This document shows, piece by piece, positions 52,993 through 64,000 of a DNA stretch of 64,000 nt (its first letter is position 1; each line of letters starts with the position of its first letter). The notes beneath the pieces were generated by a model, which ran no database searches, had not been told where the DNA came from, and saw only the letters and a program-made list of their open reading frames with translations. The position numbers were made by a program, and so were the translations under genes. Origin of the DNA: the human T2T-CHM13v2.0 reference genome, Homo sapiens. Where the stretch lies: NCBI RefSeq assembly GCF_009914755.1, contig NC_060925.1, one strand, 5' to 3'.

Positions 52993-53312
52993 TTCCTTTC
53001 TTTCTTTTTTTCTTTTTTCCTTCCTTCCTTCCTTCCTTCCTTCCTTCCTTCCTTCCTTCCTTCCTTCCTCTCTCTCCCTTTCCCTTTCTCTCTTTCTCTT
53101 TCTTTCTTTCTTCTCCCTTCCTTCTTTCTTTCTTCTTTCTTTCCTTCTTCTCTTTCTTTCTTTCTTTCTTTCTTGCCTTCCTTCCTTCCTTTCTCCCTTT
53201 CTTCCTTCCTTCTCTCTTCTTTCTGTCTTTCTCCTTCCTTCCTTCTTTTTCCCTCCCTTCCTTCCTTTTTTTCTTGCTTTCTTCCTTTCTCTATCTTTTT
53301 TTTTTTTTTTTT
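52993..53312. repeat. Polypyrimidine compound microsatellite including (TTCC)13 at 53017-53068
   Basis: 320 nt with only 4 purines on the plus strand; flanked by old L1ME-like antisense sequence. Confidence 0.97.
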
Positions 53313-54416
53313 ACAAAAATTGAGCATTTTTTCTGTACCCCTTTCTAAAAAAATTAACAATACTTTCTTGGAGATCATTTCACAGTATTACACAAATAAC
53401 CTCCTCAACTTTACTAAAACAGCTTTCACATGCATTATCTCACTGAAAATGGCTGGACATGGATTAGGCATGATTTCCTCTTTTTTCCCTTGTGTGACAA
53501 ACTTAACCTGCTGATGCACAGTGAAGAAGTGCCAGAGCTAGGACTAGGACACAGGCCTTCCAATTCCATGTCCATTGTTCATGTCTTATCTGTGATATCA
53601 GCCTGTCTGTGAAATTGATGTGAGGATTCAATGCTTTCTCTATAATGAGCCACCTGGATGTTTACATTTAGTGGCACCGTTGCCCTAGCCCAGTGTCTAA
53701 CTAAATATAATTGCTCTGTAAATGTTTGTTGTGTGGAATAGGATTGGCTAATTCATAACCCTGGGTGATGATTCACTTTTTATCATCAATCTCTCGTGTT
53801 TCCTAGGAGATATATCCTTATCATATGTGGTGACAGAAATGCTGGGCACGGATGCAAATACAAAATGTTCTGGTCCCAGCCAAGTGCAAATTGGAAAAAT
53901 TTAAACAGTCCTCCAGCTAGCACACTGGTGAGTCAGATAGCACCTTTCTGCCCTGCAAGGCCTCCAGTCTGTAAATCTGAGAAGCAGAAATAGCATCTTT
54001 AGTCTCCTGATTTTTCCCTCTTGTGATTCCCATATTTATTGGACAGAAAAGCATGAACTGGGTAAACTGTGCTTTGTTTATAAACCCTCATTTTTAGGAA
54101 TCTGCAAAACGTGCTTGTTTCCTTGGAAAGTGATTATAGAAATTCACGCCCTAGTTGTGAGCTTGTGCAAATATGTGTAGTAAGAGGGGTGACTCTCATG
54201 TTTAGTGTGAACATATGCTTCTACATGATTAAAGAAGCCCAAGCAATGATTGTAAGTATCCTATTTCACTCAGTTTTCTGCATGTGATGGGTAAGGGAGC
54301 CTTCTCACTCAGATTATACTTGATTAGGTTCCCTACTTGGGCAACTTTTTTTTTCCCTTCAGCAGTTTTTACTGATAATTGAGGGGTACAAGTGCATATT
54401 AGAAAACCAAGTGGGG

Positions 54417-54728
54417 GGCCAGCCCAGTGGCTCACGCTTATAATCCCAGCACTTTGGGAGGCTGAGGAGGGCAGATCACTTGAGGTCAGGGGTTCGAGAC
54501 CAGCCTGCCCAATATGACAAAACCCTGTCTCTACTAAAAATATAAAAATTAGCTGAGCATGGTGGCACGCACCTGTCATCCAGGCTACTGGGGAGGCTGA
54601 GGCATGAGAATCACTTAAACCCGGGAGGTGGAGGTTGCAGTGAGCTGAGATTTGCACCACTGTACTCCAGCCTGGGTGACAGAGTGAGACACTATCTCAA
54701 AAAACAAAAAACAAAAAACAGAAAAAAA
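54417..54728 (+). mobile_element. AluS (Sx/Sz-like)
   Basis: Full Alu consensus; TSD aaaa(c/a)caagtgggg. Confidence 0.95.
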
Positions 54729-54894
54729 ACAAGTGGGGAAAACTTGAGCACCCTATTTGAGCCATGGGTTACCTAATTTCCAAGCAAGTAATTTTACATT
54801 ATTAATTTTTAACTTAATTCCAGAGGACACACTTTGAATAATTCATTACTTCAAAATTATTTGAGGCTTGGTTTATGATCCAGTTTACAAACAA

Positions 54895-55070
54895 TTTTGA
54901 TCATCCTCAAAACAACATTATGAGATATATGTTATTAAAGACCCATTTTAAGCATAAGGAAACTAGCACTAGAGGGGTAAGAAACTTGTTCAAGGTTGAG
55001 TTGAAATTTGAATTCAGGCATTCTGGATCTTAAGTCCATCCTCTTGAACACTGTGCCGTAATGCCTCCAC
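54895..55070 (-). mobile_element. MIR fragment
   Basis: tcctcaaaacaac.ttatgag...cccatttt...aggaaact...aacttgttcaaggt. Confidence 0.7.
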
Positions 55071-56339
55071 CCACGAGAGGGGAAAACGGGCAGATTCTTA
55101 AAAAGGCACTGTGTCTAAAATCTTACGAAATCTGCTTTGAATAAAGGCCTTTACTTAGCACAGTTGAAACATAATGAACCCATTTTCAGTGTTGTATAAT
55201 GGGAGGGAGGTATACACATACATTGGTGCTTGTTTGTATATTGAGAAGGATAGGTCCATGTGGGGTATGTCCACTTGTCCAGGGATCTTCATGTGAAGGA
55301 ACTTAATTTAAGAAAAGAGGCCATTGAAAGAGGCAGGCTTGGATATGGACAAATGATCCCTATTGGGGGATACTTACAATAGGGCGTATCTTACTTACTC
55401 TTCTGTGGGTTCTTGCTTTTGCTCCAGGAATTTTTGCCCAAGACCTGGAAAGGGGAGTGGAAACAAGAATAGAGTTGCCTTGGAGGTAAGGAGTATTTTT
55501 CCACCTGGCTTGAAGTGGCCACATTTCAGAAGGATAGAATCATGGAAGACTAGTCAGTGAGCTGGACCTGGGTTACCTCCCAGGAGCTGCAACATAGATC
55601 CTAGTGATCCTTGGAGTCACCAGCAGGTGTGTAAGAGATACACCCATTTGGACTTCAGTTGTGTACTCCAGGAGGAGAAGGGTGCCAAGCCAGCAATGGC
55701 AGAAAAGCACAGTGATCCAGAGACCTAGGATCTGAGCAGAAGGGAGTATCTGCTTAAGTCCCCTAAAAGTCCTCTAAGCTTGGAAATCACAGGTAGAGCC
55801 AGAGAACTACTGCTTGGTTACATGTCCCTACTTCCTCTCTAGGCTGATAAGGCCTGGGAGATATGACATGCATGTTGTTCTTTCTATGGTAAGCAAAGCA
55901 TCAAACTCTTGCCAAGGAGGAAGGAGAAAAGCAATACAGTGTAAAACACAATTTATGCTTTTCAACACAAATTTGTGGTGTAAGATGTTGTAATCTATTT
56001 GTAATATAAGATAACAATATTGTAAACTCACCTAATTCTCAAAATTCATTCTTACTTGCTACTGGGAGTACAATTTATGAGGGTGGTTTATGGTAATGTA
56101 CTTAATTGTCTTTATATTTTCAGTCTTCAGCTTAAAGATTGTGAGTATTTAACACAATGCTTAGGATCATGGTGTTCTTATGATGGTACCAGAACATTCA
56201 TTCAGTGTTGTGTAATAGGAGGGAAGTATACACATACAAATTAAGAAATAATCTAGATGCCTTTAAATACCTTACATACAATTCATGTGGAAAGGTTGCA
56301 AATCACCACTTGATTCCTTGTATTTTTCTTAAGATTCTT

Positions 56340-56520
56340 TATAGTTCACAAATTGCCTGATTTGATCTTCAGAACAACCTTAGGTATGGCAGCTCTCAAT
56401 ATTTTCATTTTTCTTATGGAGAAATTGAAATCCAAAGAGGTAAAATGGCATATCCAAGGTCATATAGAGGGGAGTAGAACTGGATCTGAACTCCGTTCTT
56501 CTGAATTTAATTCCAAAGTT
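56340..56520 (-). mobile_element. MIR fragment
   Basis: tttgatcttcagaacaacc...gagaaattga...agaggtaaaatg...tccaaggtcatatag. Confidence 0.7.
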
Positions 56521-56546
56521 TTTTCATTTTGCCTCACGTTCTCTGA

Positions 56547-56603
56547 CCATCTATCCATCCATCCATCCATCCATCCATCCATCCATCCATCCATCCATCC
56601 ATC
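56547..56603. repeat. (ATCC)n microsatellite at the tail of an L2
   Basis: Direct reading. Confidence 0.95.
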
Positions 56604-56609
56604 TTTTCA

Positions 56610-56830
56610 TTATCAATTCATTCAACGAAAATTTTTGAGTGCCTATTATGAGCCAGGCATTGTACTAGGTACTGACTCATAGAAATATGAGTCAGTCATA
56701 GATCCTGTTCCCAGGGACTTTTTAATATAATAGGGATATCAGCTATGGGGCTGAGTAATTCTAAATGGAGACAGAAAGTAGTAAGTACTATGAGTGAATC
56801 AGAATGCCCCACAGGAATTCTGGTGCCAGA
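56610..56830 (-). mobile_element. L2 3' end
   Basis: ttcattcaacgaaaatttttgagtgcctattatgagccaggcattgtactaggt. Confidence 0.75.
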
Positions 56831-57539
56831 GGGATAACTTAGAACTGGAGACAAATGAGTAAGGGCTGGAACAGGAGGGATTTATGTGGGAGGGGGCCAT
56901 CTTATAGGGATGCTATGTGTAGAGACAAATCCTTTGAAATTAATAGGCTGGGAGAATGGCCCAAGCTTAACCTGAAATGACTCTTAAGCACAAGTAAAGA
57001 AGAAAAGAGAGTGAACATATCTAAGATGGAACAGAAAAGGAAGAGTTTTAGCCAGTGACATGACCTTTTAAAAGAATATGCACAGACTTTAAAGTTCTGA
57101 ACCAAAGGGAGAGAAACTGAAAAGTGGAGGAAGAGACTTAAAAGTAGGAGGATCCAGAGGCACAGTTTTTCTAGACGCAGTGGGTATTTTCTGCTCAACC
57201 TGAATACTTGGAGCATCTTGTGGGTAAGAGCAACATAAAATCTTGATATAGCTGCTTCTACAACAGGTTGAAGAGAATCAAAATCAACACATATACAGCA
57301 GAGGTAGAACAGCTAAGAAACTTGGAAACCCCAGCTTTTGGAAGTGGGTCCAACTGTTATGAGTGTTAGGGTAGCAGTTGTGAGCAGAGTGAGTGAGTTT
57401 TAGAAACAGATCACCCAGGGATTCTCAGTGTTTAGATGTGGTTTGCATATTTAATGTGAAATATATATCTTATAAAACATTTTCTGTTAAGCTGTATTTT
57501 AGTATGATGTTGTGATGGTTGTTTGCTCTGTATGTGTGA

Positions 57540-57834
57540 TTTTTTTTTTTTTTTTTTTGAGACATGGTCTTGCTCTGTCACCCAGGCTGAAGTGCAGTGA
57601 TGAGATCATAGCTCACTGCAGCCTCAACCTTCTGGGCTCAAGTGATCCTCCCACCTCGGCCTCCTGAGTAGCTGGGACCACAGGCACGTGCCACCACCCC
57701 CAGCTGCTTTTTAAATTTTTTGTAGAGACGAGGTCTCACTTTGTTGCTCACACTGGTCCTTCAGCTTCTGGGCTCAAGCAATCCTTCGGCCTCGGCCTCC
57801 CAAAGGGTTACAGTCATGAGCTACCATTCCCAGT
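57540..57834 (-). mobile_element. AluJ
   Basis: gatcatagctcactgcagcctcaac.t.ctgggctcaagtgatcctccc. Confidence 0.92.
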
Positions 57835-58618
57835 TGATATTTTTTATTGTGGTAAGAAAAGAAAGTAGGGAATATTTCCATGAGGAATTATCCCATGAAA
57901 CTAATTGTCTCAAGGAATTAATCTAAAAACTGCCCTGACTTAAGGTAACATGTACCTTATCAAAGGTCCCAAGTCACACCTACTAGTTCAGGAATTAGGT
58001 GAGATCAACCCCAAAAGGACCAAATGATAATATTTCCACCCTTCGATTCAACCAGGGGGTTTGTGTACAGAGAGAAAATGTGGCTAAATTTGTGTATTCC
58101 TTCCTAGATTATAAAAGCCTACAAAAGGAGGGACCATTTCTTGATCATCTTTGCATTGTCTATGCCTAGCATTGCACCTAGAAGGTAGAGATGTTTGTCT
58201 GATCACGTGCATACAGCCTTGTCTGCGAGCATCTCTGATAGTCATGACAGTTCTTCACAGACTACAGAGATGGTGGGCCATTTAAGTGATACAGACATTA
58301 AGTGCCACAGGAATTCACAGTAGGGGAAATCACTTCTGGCTCGGGAGGTCCCAAAAGCCTTCTTAGGAAAGGTAGGACTGAATTAGACCTGGTGAGATTT
58401 GTACTAGCAAAGGGAGATGGGGAGAATGGTATGTTCCCTCACCCTTCAGTGTCCACAGGGTAGCTGGCACTTCAGAGGGTGCCCACAGAGGAGATGGAGC
58501 TGGAGAAAGAGAGCTTTGCAAGCCACAGCTACCTGCCAGAATTGTGGAGTCTGCAACATAATCTCTAAGACCGTGCACCTCCAAATAGAAATGAAAATTT
58601 GAGCATGGGGAAAATTTG

Positions 58619-58732
58619 AGCTGAATTGTTGTCCCTTAAGCCTAAGAAATTGTCTGAAGCAAGAATGTGATGCCCCTTCAGCTCTTTTCTTCTCCTCTTC
58701 CACATCCCCATCCCAAAGAAGTGATCTGGCGG
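58619..58732. repeat. Dispersed direct repeat, copy 1 (99 bp + 15 bp), templated from 59302-59468
   Basis: 58619-58717 is identical to 59302-59400; 58718-58732 is identical to 59454-59468. Confidence 0.95.
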
Positions 58733-59301
58733 GGAAAGAAGAAAGGGAGGAAAAGAGGACCAGATCTCTGGATTAAACCTCTTGAAAGAGTTGGATAGAG
58801 AGAAGTCAACTCAGTCAAATTCAGAAAGAGACGAAAGAGGATAAAAGTCCCATCCAGGCCAGAAGCAGTGCTCTGGGTGAAAGACGTTTTCAGTGAGATG
58901 GTGTCAGGGAGGAAAAGCTAATAGGGTTTACTTAGAATGTATTGTCTTCTTAGTCCCAAGGCTAAAGTAAAAAAAGACAAAAGAGAGCATGTTAGAGGAA
59001 GCAACTAGAGAGAGAGAAAAAAAGTCAGAAGACCTCCAGTAAGGCACTGCACACGTCCTTGAGTCTGTGTCTCTGTGCTTCTTCCACGTTTCCCTGAGCA
59101 ATGATTCTCCACTGGGGCATTCAGTGGAATTCCCTTCTTTAGGTGGCACCAATTCACCAAGCTCTAAAATAAGCCCTTCTGCCACCCTTTACCATTGCCT
59201 CATCAGTGCTGTGGGGAAAAATTATTCTATTAAAATGCATTTTCTTTTTGGTTGTCTGTTAAATTCTTGCAGGGCTAAATGTACATGTATTTTAAAGGAG
59301 A

Positions 59302-59468
59302 AGCTGAATTGTTGTCCCTTAAGCCTAAGAAATTGTCTGAAGCAAGAATGTGATGCCCCTTCAGCTCTTTTCTTCTCCTCTTCCACATCCCCATCCCAAA
59401 TCCAATAGGGCCTGAGGTTTTCCCTGAAGAAGGGGAAAACAGGTTTTCTTTGAGAAGTGATCTGGCGG
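59302..59468. repeat. Dispersed direct repeat, copy 2 (likely donor)
   Basis: Contains both matching blocks plus the 53-bp spacer absent from copy 1. Confidence 0.95.
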
Positions 59469-59959
59469 TCAGCAAGCACCATTACTAAGCATGATGACCA
59501 GTGATTGCTTCTTCCCCACAGTGGCTGTGGTGGCACTCCCCATCTCAGTGACTTGAGAAAGAACAGGGCCTCTGTAATGTTGATACAGAAAAGCCGAAAT
59601 CAGGGCTCACAGCCTGGTTGAATGGAGGAGGAAGGGACTTAAAAGTAGTGCTATTCATAAGCCAAGGTGGTTGACATGAGGCCTTCCACAGCAGTGACAG
59701 AGGAGACGGAAGATGTCATTCTTGAGTAACAGGAAGTTACTGTAACACCAGTTTTTATTACTAAAGATGACAAAAATACTACCAATGACATTTATTTGAG
59801 TGCTTACTATGGGACAGGCACTGAATAGTTTATATATATTCATTCATCTAATACAACAACTTTATGAGTAGGCACTATCATTAAGACAATGATGTCCAAA
59901 AAAAGGAATTAAATAATGCAGATAAAGCAGTCCACTTTGACCACTATATACCAGCCCCC

Positions 59960-60710
59960 CGAAGGGTACAGATGTTTCTCTTTTGGCATTCGATGGCTAT
60001 TTAGATGTTTCCCAGTTTTTCTCCATTATAAGCAGCATGGCATTGACCATACTGGTACCTGCCTTCCTGGGAACTTGCAAGTCATTCTGCAGGATAGAGA
60101 CCAAGAAGTACAATTGCTAGGTGGGAGGCAATGTGAATTTACAAGTTTTTTTAGATAACTCCAAATTGTCCTCCACAGAAAGGCTTTTTCAATTCATATC
60201 CTCACCAACAGTGCACAAGGTATATACCTTTTGCTACTCCTCAGGAAAACCTGCTGTTATTAATCTTCTTACATTTTGTGCTAATCTCCTGTGTGAAAAA
60301 TGTCTTGTAATTATTTTAGTTTGTTTTTCTCTAATTGCTAGTGAGGCTGTGCATCTTTTCACATCTTTTGACACTGGCTATTTGTCTTTCTTCTGTGAAT
60401 TACCTACTCATATCTTCTTTTATTTCTATTTGGGGCTATTTGTCTTTGTCTTGTTGATTTATAGGACTTCTTTACATATTCCACATGTTTATGATTTGTT
60501 ACGTGTGCTGCAGATATTTCCTCCCAGTCTATAATTTCTTTTATTTTTAGTTTATGGAGCCTTCTACCATTTAAAAGCTTGATGTATCCAAATTTATTTT
60601 CCTTTCCTTTCTTGCTTCTGCATTTTGTACCTTGATGTATTTTGCTGTATTTTATACTTTCACGGGTTTGCTTTCATGTTTGGCTCTTTAAAACATCTGA
60701 AACACATTAA
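59960..60710 (-). mobile_element. Old L1 (L1ME-like) 3' region
   Basis: tcctcaccaacagtgcacaagg...ttgctagtgaggctg.gcatcttttcacat...tcttctgtgaatt.cct. Confidence 0.75.
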
Positions 60711-61189
60711 ACAGACATAGAACATCCTCTTTTCTTACCCCTAGACACAGAATATAATAAAGAAGATGCTAATTATAGAACTGAATCCCAAAACAAGAGT
60801 TAAGTAGAAGTGGCCATCATCCCATCTGGATGTGCTGGGAGGTGCTAGCAGTTTGCTAGAGAGAGTTTCCTAAGGCATGAATCTCCAGTGCTCCAAACCG
60901 CTTAGAGAATCAAACTCTTCAAAGGGACTTCTCAAGGTAAACCCTATATGGAGTATTTTCCAGAATACATTAATATTCTGGGATATTAGTAAAGTATTAA
61001 CAATTATCACATGAGGAAAGGCTTTTGTGGTCATATATGGCTGAGAAAGACTTGGTTAAACAATATTAAATGGGTTTATTTGAAGGCAACTTAATTAATG
61101 AACATCTATTTTGGTCAGAGGCTGCAAGTTGTCTTCTGATAGAAGTTTACAGTGTGTTTAAAAACCCAAGGGATCATTTAGTTCAGAGC

Positions 61190-61368
61190 CAAGTTTCTCA
61201 ACTTTAACTACATTTTGGAATAGCCAGGGAGCATTAAAAAAAAATGCGGAAATTCAAGTCTGTTAGCTTCAGGGACTGTATTTAATAGGTCTATGGTGTG
61301 GTTTGGGTATGGGAATTTTAAAAGTTTCCCTGATGATGCCAATGTGCAACCCAGGTGAAGAACCGCTG
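61190..61368. mobile_element. MER5-family MITE
   Basis: gtttctcaact...ggaatag.caggga.c.ttaaaaa...aaaagtttccc.gatgat.ccaatgtgcaacc.aggtgaagaacc.ctg. Confidence 0.7.
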
Positions 61369-62859
61369 ATTAGCTTCATGGCTTCATTTAGTAGACAGGG
61401 AACACAAGCCAGTTTGGGAAATAGCTGGGACCAGATAGAGATGTTTGGAACCCTAGGCCTGGCCTTTCCCTCTATACTGTGCTGCCTTCCTACAACACTT
61501 CGTTAATTTGTAGGTTTCAACCTGGAACACACATTACAGGCATTGGCTTTGGCATATATCAGATGCTACCTTGTATTGCTTGTTGGTTCTAAAGGGTCTC
61601 AGTTTTCTTTTCTGTAAAAGGGGCCTAATACCCCCTTTTCCTCGTGTCATCGTTATTCTTTGAATTGAATGAGCGAATGCATATGAAAGTTCTGAAAAAT
61701 GTACATTATGCACATGGAAATTAGAGTGGGCAGATAAGGTCAGGTGACCCAGTGCCAACACAGTGCTCCATTCATAAATGGGTTTGGGAGATGTTTATTG
61801 ACAGTAATTGCTTGTGGGAATAAGAAGCAGCTGCTCTTACAGAACAACTTCCTCACAAATACACCTGGAATTCCTCACATCCCAGCAAGCTGTCAACATC
61901 ACCTCCCTCAGGGAACTCTTGATTAAGGTTACCATATTTTCAGCTCCAGGCATTCAGAAAATAAATTCTACATAATTAAAATGCACATGCATATGCATGA
62001 ACGTGTATATAATTTTGCATGCTGTGTTGAATAGTCTCCAACTTAATAAAGTAGTACACCCTGTGGTTGTCATCCTGCGGGTGTCTCTTTCCCTGGGCTA
62101 TCCCCTAATACAGAGGACAATTGTTCAGGGACCAGAGAGACTTAACTAATGGAAGGAGCTGAAAGAAGCTGCAGGCAAAGGAAGAGGCATCCAGGGACTG
62201 GAATGGGAGGCCTCTCTCCTGCTGACAGCAAAGCAGCATTGTGGCTTTCCCAGAGCATCGGGCAATGCTTTCCTGAAGAGGCTTTGGAAGCATTTAGGGC
62301 TCTGTAGGAATCTGGAAATCCAGCCTGCTCTGTGCTTGGGAGACCACCCCCTCCTTAGCCACAGAAGGAATTCAGAGCAGCCTGAAAGCGGCATAAATGC
62401 CTCCACGGACTTTCCCTTCAGTGGTAGGAAGGAAACAATCTCACTAACAACCCAGGCAGTCTGTGTCATTTGTAATTAATTCAAAGTATGTATGTGGTAG
62501 GTCCTGGAGACACACAGTGGGTGTTCAGACCCTACCCCTGTACTTGTGGAGAATGCAGTTGTATGGAGGATACTGACAAAAAGTCAATGGAAAAATCAAA
62601 GAATGACATTTTGTCATGTTAGGAAGGAAGCAGACGAGGGGCTGGCAAGGGTGGGGTGGGAGGGCATTTGCTTTAGTGATGATGGTCAGAGGGAGACCAA
62701 TGTGGCTGGAGAGTGAGGAGGAACCTGGCAGAAAAGCAGATGAGACCTGGGCAGAGAGCAGATTATGCCAGTGTGTGTGGGTATGCTGCATCTATTAGAC
62801 AGCCATGTCCACTTCGTGGGTGATAATCAAGGGCGATATTTAAAATAGTCAACACCTGG

Positions 62860-63069
62860 CAGGGGTGGACCTGGTTTTGCTTAAACATTTTGGGGAGAGG
62901 GCCTTTAAAAAAAGAAATTTTCAAGTGTCTTCTCAATGACTTTTTGTTTTTAAAACAAAACAAAACTGATACGGCCTTATAAACATATGGCTAGGATCTT
63001 TGAAAGGTGTTTTGCATATGGAGGCCCTGAAACTTAGGCTTCATCAGATTCACAGTAAATCCACCTTTG
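62860..63069. mobile_element. hAT MITE, MER96B-like
   Basis: TIR-like ends caggggtgga ... tccacctttg; internal gccctgaaactt and tttaaaaaaagaaa motifs. Confidence 0.6.
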
Positions 63070-64000
63070 AAAATCATTCAGAGCAGATGCCAGCAGTAAG
63101 CACTGGTACAGCTGTCCTGAGGCATCCCAGCTAAATGTCAGATGCAGATGCAGAGGTTCTTTCAGGGCTAAGAAGAAAACCTTGAAAAGAGTGGGGAAGG
63201 GGTGTTAGGGATATTTGCATGTGAGTGGGGGTAATGATGCCCTCTGAATCTAAGCTGCAAAGTTATAGAAGTTATAATATATATAATAGTAATATATTAT
63301 AATATATAATAACAATGTATGCAGACAGAGGAAAATAATGGAGGAGTCAGTGGGTTAGAGATCTTATAGAAGTCCTAGAATTGTACTAGTGGGGTGCCAG
63401 AGAAAGCGAGCTAAAATGACAATGAAAATGAGTCCTTGGAATCTAGAGGTTAGAAGTGGCCCATTTTCTGGTGATGGCAAAGGGCAGGAAATGACCATGC
63501 AGTGGGTGGCTGGAGTAGTGTGGAGGAAATGTCAGTGAAATTGAGGGTTGGAGTGTGGGATGACTCACCCATGTGGAACTTTCAGCTACAAATGATGTCA
63601 TGAGTTGGGTAGAGAGGAAGACAATGAGAATTTTTTTTAAAATTAAACTTGAGAACTCTTTATTATGTAAGAAACAGCTATAACTCTCATTTTCTTGGTT
63701 GCTAGGTGTGCTGTCCAGGATCTGGAAAGAAAAGTGCACACAACATCTAAATTTTTCTCCCAGTGGGAGATTCTACTGCTGGTATTAGAATCACAGGCAG
63801 ACATTACTGCACTTGTTTGGGCTTGGCTGAATCTCTGATCAGTTACATAGTTATATATGTCTGCATTTTCCCTTTCCTTGCTGGAGGTAAATGCCTTTTG
63901 AATGGTCATAGTCTCTATAGAGAAGTGTGTTATTAAAAAGGAAAAAAAACAGCAACAGATATTTTATGATATATAATGGTTTTTGTTTTGCAAAAGCCTT

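Noticed and set aside
52931-53514. 130-174 aa ORFs rich in F/L/S/P or K/E/R/G
   Set aside because: Translations of the pyrimidine microsatellite.
54229-54660. 143-aa ORF and similar ORFs at 3383, 19251, 39636, 40734 and 52260
   Set aside because: Alu-derived reading frames.
63271-63313. AT-rich quasi-palindrome
   Set aside because: Low-complexity TA sequence is self-complementary by composition.

Overview
Mammalian (human-type) genomic DNA: AT-rich and CpG-depleted, with dense Alu, L1, L2, MIR, MaLR-LTR and hAT/Mariner repeats and one CpG island at about 5.3-7.45 kb. From recall of the mRNA, the island holds the non-coding first exon of GNG12 (minus strand; donor GTGAGT at 6783-6788). The overlapping first exon of the plus-strand lncRNA GNG12-AS1 is inferred at about 5740-5880 (donor at 5881), which places the window at human 1p31.3, the GNG12-AS1/DIRAS3 imprinted region. 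Bases 1-6788 are GNG12 intron 1, and the rest is largely GNG12-AS1 intronic sequence. No protein-coding exon is supported; the supplied ORFs reflect GC bias, low complexity or repeats. I see no prokaryote-style novel system. The most notable signals are (1) a strong AG|GTAAG recursive-splice-like site at 38244-38251; (2) a 99-bp perfect templated insertion with template-switch junctions at 58.6 kb; (3) a nested retro-composite at 43.6-43.9 kb, a Y1 RNA retrocopy whose A-tail took an L1PA carrying a probable 3' transduction; (4) a perfect GAAA-tetraloop hairpin made of two AP-1 sites at 56671-56696; and (5) a 320-nt polypyrimidine tract containing (GGAA)13 on the minus strand. Repeat subfamily names and boundaries are by eye and approximate.
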